Source of the DNA: Candidatus Cloacimonadales bacterium
GTDB taxonomy: Bacteria; Cloacimonadota; Cloacimonadia; Cloacimonadales; JAIOQZ01
Length of the DNA stretch: 64,000 bases
Direction: 5' to 3'
NCBI GenBank assembly: GCA_963674825.1
Contig: OY771587.1
Location: 2,144,001-2,208,000 of the forward strand
This document shows positions 1-9,877 of this stretch, piece after piece. Within the stretch, counting starts at the first letter, position 1. Each line of letters opens with the position of its first letter. The notes under the pieces are model-generated. The model had not been told where the DNA came from. It did not search any database and was given only the letters and a program-made list of their open reading frames with translations. The translations under genes were made by a program, and so were the position numbers.

Positions 1-285
1 TCTGTTCCCGAATCAATAGCGCTTTCCAATTACCCGAATCCGTTCAATCCTACGACAACAATCGCCTACAGCTTACCTGAATGTCAGAGGGTTGAGGTGT
101 CGGTTTACAACATCAAGGGCCAGAAAGTAAGAACCCTGGTCAGCGACGTTCAGGATCCGGGTGTGCATACTGTCACATGGGATGGAACCGACCGTGCAGA
201 AAAAACGGTTGCCTCCGGTGTGTATTTCTGTAAGGTTGAATCCGGCGACAATGTTACTGTCCGCAAAATGCTGATGATCAAATAA
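1..285 (+). CDS. 3' end of secreted protein with T9SS-type-A/FlgD-Ig-like C-terminal domain (CTD); partial
   Basis: Frame +1 from base 1 reads SVPESIALSNYPNPFNPTTTIAYSLP...YNIKGQKVRTL...SGVYFC...RKMLMIK-stop. Confidence 0.9.
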   Translation, partial: SVPESIALSNYPNPFNPTTTIAYSLPECQRVEVSVYNIKGQKVRTLVSDVQDPGVHTVTWDGTDRAEKTVASGVYFCKVESGDNVTVRKMLMIK

Positions 286-354
286 AACCATCAGTGTTTC
301 AGACTATATTGGGAAGGCGGTCTTTATCGCCTTCCCGTTTTCTGGAGACAATAC

Positions 355-2439
355 ATGAAGAACGTTCTGATCGGATTCCTGGCTTTCTTCGCAACCTTCT
401 GTTTCGCAATCGAGGTCGGTGGGCATTTGAGTACCGATACGACCTGGTTTCCGGAGGACAGCCCTCACATCGTTGTCCAGAATATCTATGTCGATGAAGG
501 CGTTACGCTGACCATCATGCCCGGAACGACGGTCTTGTTCGGTGCAGCTCCGGCATCGTACGAGAATGTTGAGGATTTTCTGATACAGGACGAGGATTCG
601 GTGGCCAAGATCATGTATGTGCGCGGAACGGTTCACGCGATTGGGACGGTACAGGATTCGATTGTATTCGATCGTAACGAACGGGAGCCTGATAACATGC
701 GTTGGGGCAACATCGTTTTCGATGAACAAGCGCCCCAATCCATCTTCAGATACTGCAAGATTGCCTATGCATTCATTTCGCATCCAAGCCTACTGAGCAA
801 GTGGGAGGGGGCGTTATGCTGCCAGAACGGACGTGTTGACATATCGCATTGCCTGTTTCACAACAACATAACCAGCATCTGGATTGACGACATTACCGAT
901 CCGCTGCTGATCGCAAACAATCGATTCGAGCAATTCATCGTGTGTGATTCATTCTGGCCAATTGGCATTTGGAACAGATCCGCGAACAACGATGCTGAAT
1001 TCATCATCGCATACAACGAATTCTACGGCCTTGGGATTACTTTCATCAACGATCAGCCGGATGAGCTCCTGTCCTATCCTGTTCCGCAGCTTTTCAACTA
1101 TTACAATATGACGATGCAGGCTCGTGATGACGAAGATGAACGTGAAATTCGAACGAATATGACGGGTGATGTATTCGGAAATCTGGTGATTGATAGCGAG
1201 GAAGTAGGATTCAGCTGTTTTGCTATTGGTACGCATGCCAAAGGATATGTCCGAAGGAATACCATGGTCAATGGCGGTAGTGTTATCGCGAACGGAGAAT
1301 GCGAGATATCGGACAACCAGTTTACCGAAAGTGGTGTCATCGAGATGAACGAGGAAAGCAGCGGTGATGTGAGGAACAACTACTTCTACGACACCTATCT
1401 GGAGCATCACGGTGAGGGGAGCATCGAGAACAACGTCTTCAGAAAGATGGGGCTCGATGGCATGGGAATCGATGTAGGGACGTTGTTTGTTCGTAATAAT
1501 ACCGTGGATTCATGCCATTTTCAGCCTCTCAGTCCAGAATCGGCTCATGTTGGAGCCATAATAGAGAATAACATCTTCAGCGACGTGCATTTGTTCCCTG
1601 GTATGCTTGATTACAGCGAGATGACATTTCGTTATAACTACATGAACATCGCGCTCCCGAGTGATTGCATCGATGGCGGTGGAAACATCATTGGGGACGA
1701 TCCGATGTTTGTTGATCCCACAGAAGGTGACTACCATCTTCTGCCCGAAAGCCCATGCATCGATGCCGGATATGATTCGACCGGTTACATGCCATGCGAT
1801 GTAGATAATTTCATTCGTGTTATCGATGGTGACGACGATGGCATTGCATTGATCGATATCGGCGCATATGAATATAGCTCTCACTTTCAGGGTGGATTCG
1901 AAGGGCACATTTACAATACGGTTAATAACGAGCCGATTGCGCTCGCGAAGGTGGATATCGGTGATTACTCACGCGAATATACCGACAGCCTGGGCTATTT
2001 CCATTTCAGCGCGCCTCCGGAAACTTATACGCTCAATGTGCATCATATCTTTGAGGGTGACAGGGTCTTCAGCGTGGAAATCACCGAAGGCGAGACCTCT
2101 CAATCCGATTTCTACTACAACCTTGCGATTCCCGAGGATGGTAATGTTGTCCCCGGGATGCCCGGCGTATTATTGCGCAACTACCCCAATCCATTCAATC
2201 CCACGACGACCATCTCTTTCTCATTATCGCAGGCGAGCAAAATAGAACTGGATATCTACAACATCAAAGGTCAGCTCGTAAAGAGGCTCGTGAACGATTT
2301 TTATCCGAGCGGAAAACACGAAATCGTATGGTGTGGCATGAACGAGATTGGACATGAAGTATCGTCCGGTGTCTATTTATGCCGGTTGAAGTCCAACGGC
2401 GAAGCAATCGGCATTAAGAAGATGATGCTGATGAAATAG
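355..2439 (+). CDS. Secreted right-handed beta-helix protein with carboxypeptidase-regulatory-like domain and CTD
   Basis: Signal peptide; GVTLTIMPGT / AIGTVQDSIVF beta-helix N-cap; DPMFVD..GDYHL..SPCIDAG and IDIGAYEY motifs; NYPNPFNP CTD. Confidence 0.85.
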   Translation: MKNVLIGFLAFFATFCFAIEVGGHLSTDTTWFPEDSPHIVVQNIYVDEGVTLTIMPGTTVLFGAAPASYENVEDFLIQDEDSVAKIMYVRGTVHAIGTVQDSIVFDRNEREPDNMRWGNIVFDEQAPQSIFRYCKIAYAFISHPSLLSKWEGALCCQNGRVDISHCLFHNNITSIWIDDITDPLLIANNRFEQFIVCDSFWPIGIWNRSANNDAEFIIAYNEFYGLGITFINDQPDELLSYPVPQLFNYYNMTMQARDDEDEREIRTNMTGDVFGNLVIDSEEVGFSCFAIGTHAKGYVRRNTMVNGGSVIANGECEISDNQFTESGVIEMNEESSGDVRNNYFYDTYLEHHGEGSIENNVFRKMGLDGMGIDVGTLFVRNNTVDSCHFQPLSPESAHVGAIIENNIFSDVHLFPGMLDYSEMTFRYNYMNIALPSDCIDGGGNIIGDDPMFVDPTEGDYHLLPESPCIDAGYDSTGYMPCDVDNFIRVIDGDDDGIALIDIGAYEYSSHFQGGFEGHIYNTVNNEPIALAKVDIGDYSREYTDSLGYFHFSAPPETYTLNVHHIFEGDRVFSVEITEGETSQSDFYYNLAIPEDGNVVPGMPGVLLRNYPNPFNPTTTISFSLSQASKIELDIYNIKGQLVKRLVNDFYPSGKHEIVWCGMNEIGHEVSSGVYLCRLKSNGEAIGIKKMMLMK

Positions 2440-2469
2440 GGGATGCTCTCGGTAGTTTCGCTTTTGGTT

Positions 2470-4557
2470 CTATTTCAACAGCAGCATCTTCCTTGCGATA
2501 GCTCTTCTACCCGATTCGAGGCGGTACAAGTAGATGCCCGACGACACACTCTTACCAAGCTGGTTATCGCCATTCCAGACAGCCTTGTGCGATCCGGCTT
2601 CGAGGTGGTCGTTCACCAATGTCTTCACGAGCTGCCCTTTGATGTTGTACACCTTCAACTCGACCTTGTCGTACTTCGGGATCGAGAACGAGATCGTCGT
2701 GGTAGGATTGAACGGGTTAGGCGAGTTCTGCTCCATGGTGATGGTGTATTGCTGGATGAAGTTGTCGTAGTCGTGCGCTGCGAGGCTTTGCAAGGTGATT
2801 TCGCGGTAGGTTGCCGCGCCCTGCTCCACCACGATGCCGCTGACCTGCTGGCCCTCGTAATACATGCGTTCCACATTGAGGGTGAAGGTACCGGGCCCGG
2901 TGAGAATGCGGAACCAGCCGGTGCTGTCGCTCCACTCGGGGAACTGAACGCCATCGACGGTTATTTTGGCTATGTCCAGCGGTGTTTCGCCGTCCTCTTC
3001 GTACACATACCCCTCGATGCCGCCCCAGAAGGGTGCGCCGTACTCGAAAGCGCCGATATCGATGGTTGCGGTTCCGTCACCGTCGCCGTCCCATACACGG
3101 ACGTTACCCAAGATGTCCGTGGGCGGATAATCACCGTCCGGCATACCGGCATCAATGCACGGGCTGCTCTCTGCAAGGCTGTAGTCACCGTTCAGCGTAT
3201 CGGCGAACATCGGGTCATCCCCAATGATATTGCCGCCGCCGTCGGTGACGTAATCAGGTAACGGGTGGTTCATGAAATTGTAGCTAAATATTGTTGCTGG
3301 ACCGCCCCATGCCATTGTCTCCTCTGCCGCATGCAGAATATTGTTATACACTAAGCAATCATAGTTTTCTGTTCCGAAACAGGATGTATGATTGGTGTTA
3401 TATGTGTTATTAAACATAGTACAGTCGGCAAAAGTTGGATACAAAAACGAATAACCGGTAAAGAGATTATTGTAGATTATATTGGGATTTTCCGGTTGAT
3501 AAAATGTATCGCTGGATGATGTATACACCACATTATTACACACAACTGTCGAATCGGCAAATCTGTCGTCAATGTCCAGGTTGCCAATAAAGAGGTTGTC
3601 GGATAGAACACTATAGTCTCTGTTATAGGTCGTCATCGGATTTCCTGTTGATGTATCATAAACATAGTTCTTCCGAAAATAACTCATTGTGTCCGGAACG
3701 CCTCCACTGATACCTGCTCCCCAATGTATATAAACACTACCATACACACTTGTCGATATTTCCTCTCTGCGATCCTCATTCATATCAATACATATATCCG
3801 AATCATTCGTATTGTAATGATAATTATAAGTCCATACTTGATTTGCTCTTCCTTCGCGATAGATTCCAGCATATGGCCTATCAATATTTACAAGACGATT
3901 TCTGGCAATAATGATTTGCGGGTATGAATTATAATCCCAATCGGAGTAGCCATTGATGGCATCGTAGTAAATATCGGTGGCGTATTGCCCCGGCTCCGTC
4001 TTTGTGAATGTGTTGCCGTAGATCATTACATCGCACGGCAGGTTCTGATACGTGATGCCAGCTTTGCAGTTCGTGAAAGTGCAGTATTTGATCCGGAAAT
4101 CGCAGCCACGTACGCAAATACCGCCAACCGTTTTTGATCCGTCGGTGAACACATTGCGATACACGCCCATTAGTTCGCAGTATTCAAATACCGGGGTATC
4201 CGCCGTTTCGTCAACGAAGATACCGCCCCAGGCAAAGCCTTCCGTATCTGGATTGCGGGTGAATGTGATCGGCTCGTCTTCTGTTCCGATCGCGACGATT
4301 TTTCCATATACATGAAAGATCTTCGCATGGGCTTCTCCGCTGTCCGTGACATAGAAAAGTCCGCTGGCTCCGGAGGGCATAGCTTTCATCAGGATTTCGC
4401 ATCCTGGGAGAATGGTTAACGTAGCGCCTTCGAGCACATTGACGTTCTCATCGAAGATATACGGGTTGTTTTCTGGACCCCATGTCGTGTCTTCGTAGAT
4501 ATCGAGGGCGTGCAACAGTGTGATTGAGAGCAGGATGAAAAACAGGGTTCGTTTCAT
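2470..4557 (-). CDS. Secreted right-handed beta-helix protein with CTD; paralog of 355..2439
   Basis: Same architecture and length (695 vs 694 aa); shared DGGGNIIGDDPMF, SPCIDAG, IDIGA(F/Y)EY; QNSPNPFNP CTD. Confidence 0.85.
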   Translation of the reverse strand: MKRTLFFILLSITLLHALDIYEDTTWGPENNPYIFDENVNVLEGATLTILPGCEILMKAMPSGASGLFYVTDSGEAHAKIFHVYGKIVAIGTEDEPITFTRNPDTEGFAWGGIFVDETADTPVFEYCELMGVYRNVFTDGSKTVGGICVRGCDFRIKYCTFTNCKAGITYQNLPCDVMIYGNTFTKTEPGQYATDIYYDAINGYSDWDYNSYPQIIIARNRLVNIDRPYAGIYREGRANQVWTYNYHYNTNDSDICIDMNEDRREEISTSVYGSVYIHWGAGISGGVPDTMSYFRKNYVYDTSTGNPMTTYNRDYSVLSDNLFIGNLDIDDRFADSTVVCNNVVYTSSSDTFYQPENPNIIYNNLFTGYSFLYPTFADCTMFNNTYNTNHTSCFGTENYDCLVYNNILHAAEETMAWGGPATIFSYNFMNHPLPDYVTDGGGNIIGDDPMFADTLNGDYSLAESSPCIDAGMPDGDYPPTDILGNVRVWDGDGDGTATIDIGAFEYGAPFWGGIEGYVYEEDGETPLDIAKITVDGVQFPEWSDSTGWFRILTGPGTFTLNVERMYYEGQQVSGIVVEQGAATYREITLQSLAAHDYDNFIQQYTITMEQNSPNPFNPTTTISFSIPKYDKVELKVYNIKGQLVKTLVNDHLEAGSHKAVWNGDNQLGKSVSSGIYLYRLESGRRAIARKMLLLK
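2516..2730. repeat. CTD-coding segment duplicated at 4826..5040
   Basis: Ungapped hand alignment gives 28 mismatches in 215 bp (~87% identity). Confidence 0.9.
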
Positions 4558-4645
4558 TTAATGTCTCCATATTCCGCTAACATGAATTCATTGTGCGAAT
4601 TCACAACGCTCATGTTTTCGTTTTGACTGCGTCAAAGCCGAAAAG

Positions 4646-4760
4646 CCCTCACCCCGGCCCTCTCCCGTAAACGGGAGAGGGAAGAGAGAGGTAGATTGTA
4701 GTCTATGCTTTGATAAACTCGTGTTGTCCTTCGACTACGCTCAGGATGACACACGAGTTT
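4646..4760. repeat. Composite REP-like palindromic elements
   Basis: CCCTCACCCCGG-CCCTCTCCCGT-AA-ACGGGAGAGGG (4646-4681) and AAACTCGTGT...ACACGAGTTT hairpin (4715-4760) enclosing CTTCGACTACGCTCAGGATGACA. Confidence 0.65.
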
Positions 4761-4779
4761 CTCAGCATGACGCGTTATG

Positions 4780-6084
4780 TTACTTGAGTAACAGCATCTT
4801 CTGTGCCTTCGATTTCCCGCCGGACTCGAGGCGGTACAGATAGATACCTGACGAAACGTTCTTGCCGGATTGGTTATCACCATTCCATACGGCCTTGTGC
4901 ATTCCGGCTTCGAGGTGGTCGTTTACCAGCGTTTTCACCAACTGCCCTTTGATGTTGTACACCTTCAACTCAACCTTGTCGTCCTTCGGGATCGAGAACG
5001 ATATCGTCGTGGTGGGATTGAACGGGTTGGGCGAGTTCTGACAGAGCATCAAGCCTGAAACTGGTGGCATGAAATCCTGCTCATCCTGGATCCCGACCGT
5101 ATAGGATAGGACGGGATAGCCATTATTGAGATTATATTTGGTGTCGGCTGTCCAGACATCGATGAAATCCCAGTCGAGGTAGGTATCACTTCCATGCGGA
5201 TAGGTCATCTCTTCGGTTGTGCGCCCTTCGCCGCCACTGCTGACATCCACTCCACTTGTTTCAACATCCCAATAGCTGGATTCGACAGACGAGCCACTAT
5301 TGTATCCAAATAGGCCTCCGGCACTATTTTCTCCCATGACAACACCTGTGGAATAAATTTTTGCGATTTGGCTGTTTAACATCCTTCCAATGAAGCCGCC
5401 CACATACCAATTCCCGAACACATCGCCAGTGGCATAACTGTTATTTATCGTTGTTTCCAAGCAAAAACCTGCCAATCCACCGCCATTATTATGGCAAATC
5501 GTTTCTCCCATCGCCACGCAACCTGTAATCGTGGATGTGGATACCCATCCGACCAGGCAGCCTACATTGTCGTAGCCGCTAACAACACCGCTTACCCGGC
5601 AGTTCTCCATGGTCGATCCGGTGAAAAGGATTCCCACGAGCCCCCCGACGCATCGGTCGCCTGTGATATTCATGTCGATAAGCTCCAGGTTTCGTATCGC
5701 AGCGCCAAGCGTATAGCCGAAGAATCCTGCGTAGTCGTCGTTGGGGCGGTCGATAGACAGACCGGAAATGGTATGGTCCTGCCCATCGTATTGGCCGGTG
5801 AACGGTAGATTGTCCGGCTCTTCGTATCCTTCGTAAACGCCTATCGGAATCCATCCCGAGCTTTCAAACCAGCTTGATGTTTCTGTAGCGTCGATATCAG
5901 CAATCTGGATGTAATTCTTGTCCCAGTGTTCTTCCGAACAGTACATCCAGAAGAGGTTTTCCATCGTTTCGATCTGATATGGGTTCGCTTGTGATCCATC
6001 ACCTTCCGAAGGAGCAAGTGCGTTCTGGCAGAAAAGCATTGCAGCGGAGATCAGAATGAGTATGCTAAGTATCGAGTGCTTCAT
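4780..6084 (-). CDS. Secreted GLUG-repeat protein with CTD
   Basis: Signal peptide; GDGSQANPYQI; FTGQYDGQDHTISGL; repeated VGGLVG/GGLAG; SSYWDVETSG; QNSPNPFNP CTD. Confidence 0.85.
   Translation of the reverse strand: MKHSILSILILISAAMLFCQNALAPSEGDGSQANPYQIETMENLFWMYCSEEHWDKNYIQIADIDATETSSWFESSGWIPIGVYEGYEEPDNLPFTGQYDGQDHTISGLSIDRPNDDYAGFFGYTLGAAIRNLELIDMNITGDRCVGGLVGILFTGSTMENCRVSGVVSGYDNVGCLVGWVSTSTITGCVAMGETICHNNGGGLAGFCLETTINNSYATGDVFGNWYVGGFIGRMLNSQIAKIYSTGVVMGENSAGGLFGYNSGSSVESSYWDVETSGVDVSSGGEGRTTEEMTYPHGSDTYLDWDFIDVWTADTKYNLNNGYPVLSYTVGIQDEQDFMPPVSGLMLCQNSPNPFNPTTTISFSIPKDDKVELKVYNIKGQLVKTLVNDHLEAGMHKAVWNGDNQSGKNVSSGIYLYRLESGGKSKAQKMLLLK
4826..5040. repeat. Second copy of CTD-coding segment (see 2516..2730)
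   Basis: ~87% nucleotide identity, no gaps. Confidence 0.9.
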
Positions 6085-6095
6085 GGTTACCTCGG

Positions 6096-7670
6096 CTATT
6101 TCATCAGCGTTATTTTCTTACTGGAGAGTACTTTCCCATCAGCCTTCAGCATGCACATGTAAACACCAGAAGCAAATGTCTCCGGCCTCCATGTTACAGT
6201 AGAGGAGTGGGCATTCAGTTGGAGTGTATCGACTAATTGCCCCTTGATATTGAAAATATCGAGCTGGATTTCACGGTAATTCTGGGCCTGGATATCGAAA
6301 CATATCTCCGGATTGAACGGGTTGGGGTAAGCGTTGAACCAGATTGAGACTTCCGGAACCGTCTGGTCATCGACAGGATTGGGATCACTCTCTTCCAGGT
6401 CGGTGTTTCCGGCATAAACATAGGCTATACCGTTGTAATATGTGTGAGAATCGTCGTCTCCGTCGTCTCCTACTGCAACATCATCACAGCCATCCCCATT
6501 GAAATCGCCAACTGCGAATTGAGGGTAGAAATCGTCATTGTCGTCGTAGTTAAAGTAAATGTCCTGCGTTCCGTTCTGCCCACCGAGGATCCCCCTGATG
6601 TAGGGATCGTCCCCGTAGATAATATCCGAATAGCCGTCGTTGTTGAAGTCACCGGGAAGCGGCCTGAAATAAGACCAGTTGCACTCCAGGATAGTGGTCC
6701 ATTCCCAGTGAATCTCTTCGCCACCCCGCCAGAGCTCCATGCCGGGAAAGTCAGCGTTCATGTTGTAATTCGTGTTGCAGGCGAAGTCATCGTACCCGTC
6801 GGCATTGAAATCACCGACTGACCTTAGCAAAAATCCCTGTCGTGAAGTCCGAAGCACTTCACGGCAGATATCCGGCTCGGTATCGATGACAGGAGCTCCG
6901 AGGAAAATCCAGTCGTTATATGGAAATACGGTGTGCCCGTCAGGTTGGGGAGTTCCTTCAGCAGTGAAATGGTAATAGAAATCGTCGTACCCATCTCCGT
7001 TGATATCGCCCAGTCCCCTGAAATCGCTATCTCCCCGGTTATAGAGGTCGTAAACCATGATCAATGTTTCAAATGTACCACCGTAGATCAGGGTATATGT
7101 GGAGCTATCTGTCACATCGTCGGTAATGCCTGCATCGCAATATCCATCTCCATTAACATCGCCCAAGGGCTCGATTGTCGATAGAGACTGGCTGGTCTCG
7201 AAGGTGTAATCAACCAGAGTGTCGTTTACGGTGTTTCCCAATAGAATTTCGATGCCTTGACTCCAATCTCTTGAAGTTGAGGACCAGTGAAAATAACACC
7301 CCAGGTCTTCGCAGCCATCACCGTTCATGTCGCCGAGATTGCGGATTTCTCGCCAGCGAGAAATATATGTTTTGGTTGTATCGATTTCCGTCGTGACCGA
7401 GTAGCTGCATGAATCGCTCAGCCCATTAGCGCTTCCCCAGTATATATATAACTTCCCCCAGAAAGTTGGGTAGTTCTCATCAGGATGATAGGCTGATGCT
7501 GTGACAGCCAGGTCGTCGTACCCGTCACCATTGAAATCCAACGCCGCGATATAAGATCCGAAATGGTCGTTTTGCTGCTCAGCATTCATAGTCCAGACGA
7601 GATGCATAATATTGACGCAAGATAGGCTCAGGACACCAGCCAGCATGATCAGAACGGTTATCAGTCTCAT
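6096..7670 (-). CDS. Secreted FG-GAP (integrin-alpha-like beta-propeller) protein with CTD
   Basis: Repeated (G)D(F/M/V/I)NGDGYDD motifs; AYPNPFNP CTD; start moved to MRLITV behind GGAGG. Confidence 0.85.
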   Translation of the reverse strand: MRLITVLIMLAGVLSLSCVNIMHLVWTMNAEQQNDHFGSYIAALDFNGDGYDDLAVTASAYHPDENYPTFWGKLYIYWGSANGLSDSCSYSVTTEIDTTKTYISRWREIRNLGDMNGDGCEDLGCYFHWSSTSRDWSQGIEILLGNTVNDTLVDYTFETSQSLSTIEPLGDVNGDGYCDAGITDDVTDSSTYTLIYGGTFETLIMVYDLYNRGDSDFRGLGDINGDGYDDFYYHFTAEGTPQPDGHTVFPYNDWIFLGAPVIDTEPDICREVLRTSRQGFLLRSVGDFNADGYDDFACNTNYNMNADFPGMELWRGGEEIHWEWTTILECNWSYFRPLPGDFNNDGYSDIIYGDDPYIRGILGGQNGTQDIYFNYDDNDDFYPQFAVGDFNGDGCDDVAVGDDGDDDSHTYYNGIAYVYAGNTDLEESDPNPVDDQTVPEVSIWFNAYPNPFNPEICFDIQAQNYREIQLDIFNIKGQLVDTLQLNAHSSTVTWRPETFASGVYMCMLKADGKVLSSKKITLMK

Positions 7671-7695
7671 ATTCATTTCCTCCACATCCTTTCCG

Positions 7696-9861
7696 TTATT
7701 GCAATAGCAGCATTTTTTTCGTCAGGTTCGTTGTTCCGCTCGACAGCCGGTACAGGTAAACGCCGCTGGATACGGATTTGCCCTGGTCATCTTTGCCTGT
7801 CCACACTACGCTGTGGTTGCCTTTCTGTTCCATTTGGTTCACGAGTGTCCTGACAAGCTGTCCTTTGATATTGTACACCTGCAAGTTTACGTGGTTATCT
7901 TCCTGAATCGAATATGAGATCGTCGTTTGCGGATTGAACGGATTGGGGTAGTTGGTCAATGCAAATTCCGGTCTCGGGATCTCATCCTCATCATTATCAA
8001 CAGCCTCTATCTTGAGGACGCTGATCCCTCCATAGCGGTTGTTCAGGATGAGATATTCGCTCTGCTTGAAAATCTGGCTTGTGGATTGATTCCAGCAATA
8101 TGAGTTGGATAACGCCGGATGTTCCGGTGATGTCAGATCGAAAAGTAACAACCGGTTCCACATATTGTCCGCTACAATGAGCTCGCTTTCCATTCTGTAT
8201 GCCGCACCGAACTGATTGCCGCCATCCATGGTAATCGTGTCGGTATGAATCGGGGCAGCTGGATCGAGCAGGTTATAAACCTTGATCGAGGATTCCGTCG
8301 TTACATAGAGATAGTTCAGCATAACGCATACATCCTGGATGACTCCCGGCAATATTGTACAACGGAGTACGGGCGTATTGGCGCTGGCATCGTACACCTG
8401 CAAGACGTTCTCTGTGTTCCAAGCGTATAGAAATTGATTGGCCCAGATGATCCGGTCAAAACCAATGGGCGTCTCGATACTGGTGATCATGGACAGGTCT
8501 TCGGGATCTGTGGCGTCCAGCACAACGATGTGCCCTTCTGAAGTGAGGTAAATTGTATGGTCAACGATCTCTATATCTTTGAAGGTATCGAATCCATACG
8601 GCGAGTAATTATCAATTTCCACAGGGTTTTCCGGATCGCTGTTATCGAAAAGAATGATTCCCATACCGTATTTTGACATGTATATAATGTCGTCGATGAA
8701 ATCAATGTCCAAAGGTCTATACTGAGAGTACATATCGAGTACCAGTTCGGGATTGGCAATATCCCTGTAATCGACGATCCATATATCCGAATACTGCACG
8801 ATATAGAGGTAATCGCCATATTTCTTGATGTAATTGTCTTCTACATAGTCTTCATTTAGCTCGTAATCCGAAAAAACACTGACCAGACGATAGTTTTCAG
8901 GATCTGAGTAATCGATGTAACGCCAGAATCCATTGTCGAGCATTTTCAATCGCTGGTTTCCCAAATCGATAACTCCATTCATGACGGAGCCGTAGCTACA
9001 TATAAGCTCCAAATGGTTTGGGTCTGAGATGTCGATAAGCTTGGTGCTTGTATCGTAATAATAGACGATGGCGAGATCATCCGAAAATTCGACACGCCCG
9101 ACCCCGATCGGGATATCGTCCAACCTTACAGGATTCACGGGATCGGATATATCGATCGAGATCAGGACATCTTCATCCCAACTCGAAGCGAATAGGTAAT
9201 TGTCGCGAATGTAGAGAAAGCCATCGGCATCGACCTGGGATATTTGCACGATGTTATCCGGGTCGCTGATATCATATGCTCTGACAACCGAATTCTTGGC
9301 AGCATATACGATATTGTCCTTAATCACGACATCATCAACATCTGAGCAGACGTAACTTGGGAGCAGTACGGGATTCGTCGGATCGCTGATATCCCATAAA
9401 TCATTAACATAGTATTCCTCCCATTCATCATAATCATAGTAAGACGAGCAGTACAGGATATGGTTATCAGATATTGCCAGGGCATCGTAATAGCCACCAT
9501 TATCCCCACCGCTATATAGATTCTCTTCGACGACAAGTTCCGGACTTGTAATATCACTGATATCATACACTATTAGGCTGCTCACATAAGTTGTGACAAG
9601 ATAATCTCCTTTTATAACTGCATGGAACATATAGGAATGGTAAACGTGGAAATTCAAGAAGCTCAGCTCAACAATGTTCTCCGGATCGGAGACATCGAAA
9701 AGGTACGGATAACCGCCATATTCTTTTGTGGCGATCATCAGGTCGCCGTCTCGGAAACATATCTGATAAATATCCGCTTCACTGCATCGATACTGATGAA
9801 CAACAGCCAGCAGGTTATACGACAGCAAGCATGCGATTGCTAAAACCAATATCCGTTTCAT
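7696..9861 (-). CDS. Secreted LVIVD-repeat beta-propeller protein with CTD
   Basis: Many (Y/I/W)DISDPxNP repeats; signal peptide; NYPNPFNP CTD. Confidence 0.85.
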   Translation of the reverse strand: MKRILVLAIACLLSYNLLAVVHQYRCSEADIYQICFRDGDLMIATKEYGGYPYLFDVSDPENIVELSFLNFHVYHSYMFHAVIKGDYLVTTYVSSLIVYDISDITSPELVVEENLYSGGDNGGYYDALAISDNHILYCSSYYDYDEWEEYYVNDLWDISDPTNPVLLPSYVCSDVDDVVIKDNIVYAAKNSVVRAYDISDPDNIVQISQVDADGFLYIRDNYLFASSWDEDVLISIDISDPVNPVRLDDIPIGVGRVEFSDDLAIVYYYDTSTKLIDISDPNHLELICSYGSVMNGVIDLGNQRLKMLDNGFWRYIDYSDPENYRLVSVFSDYELNEDYVEDNYIKKYGDYLYIVQYSDIWIVDYRDIANPELVLDMYSQYRPLDIDFIDDIIYMSKYGMGIILFDNSDPENPVEIDNYSPYGFDTFKDIEIVDHTIYLTSEGHIVVLDATDPEDLSMITSIETPIGFDRIIWANQFLYAWNTENVLQVYDASANTPVLRCTILPGVIQDVCVMLNYLYVTTESSIKVYNLLDPAAPIHTDTITMDGGNQFGAAYRMESELIVADNMWNRLLLFDLTSPEHPALSNSYCWNQSTSQIFKQSEYLILNNRYGGISVLKIEAVDNDEDEIPRPEFALTNYPNPFNPQTTISYSIQEDNHVNLQVYNIKGQLVRTLVNQMEQKGNHSVVWTGKDDQGKSVSSGVYLYRLSSGTTNLTKKMLLLQ

Positions 9862-9877
9862 TACCCCTCCCAGAGTG

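Noticed and set aside
2443..3261. 272-aa plus-strand ORF
   Set aside because: Antisense shadow of the GC-rich 3' part of 2470..4557; no recognisable motifs.
2516..5040. DGR template/variable repeat pair
   Set aside because: Mismatches are not adenine-specific, many are synonymous, both copies are in intact genes, and no reverse transcriptase is in the window.
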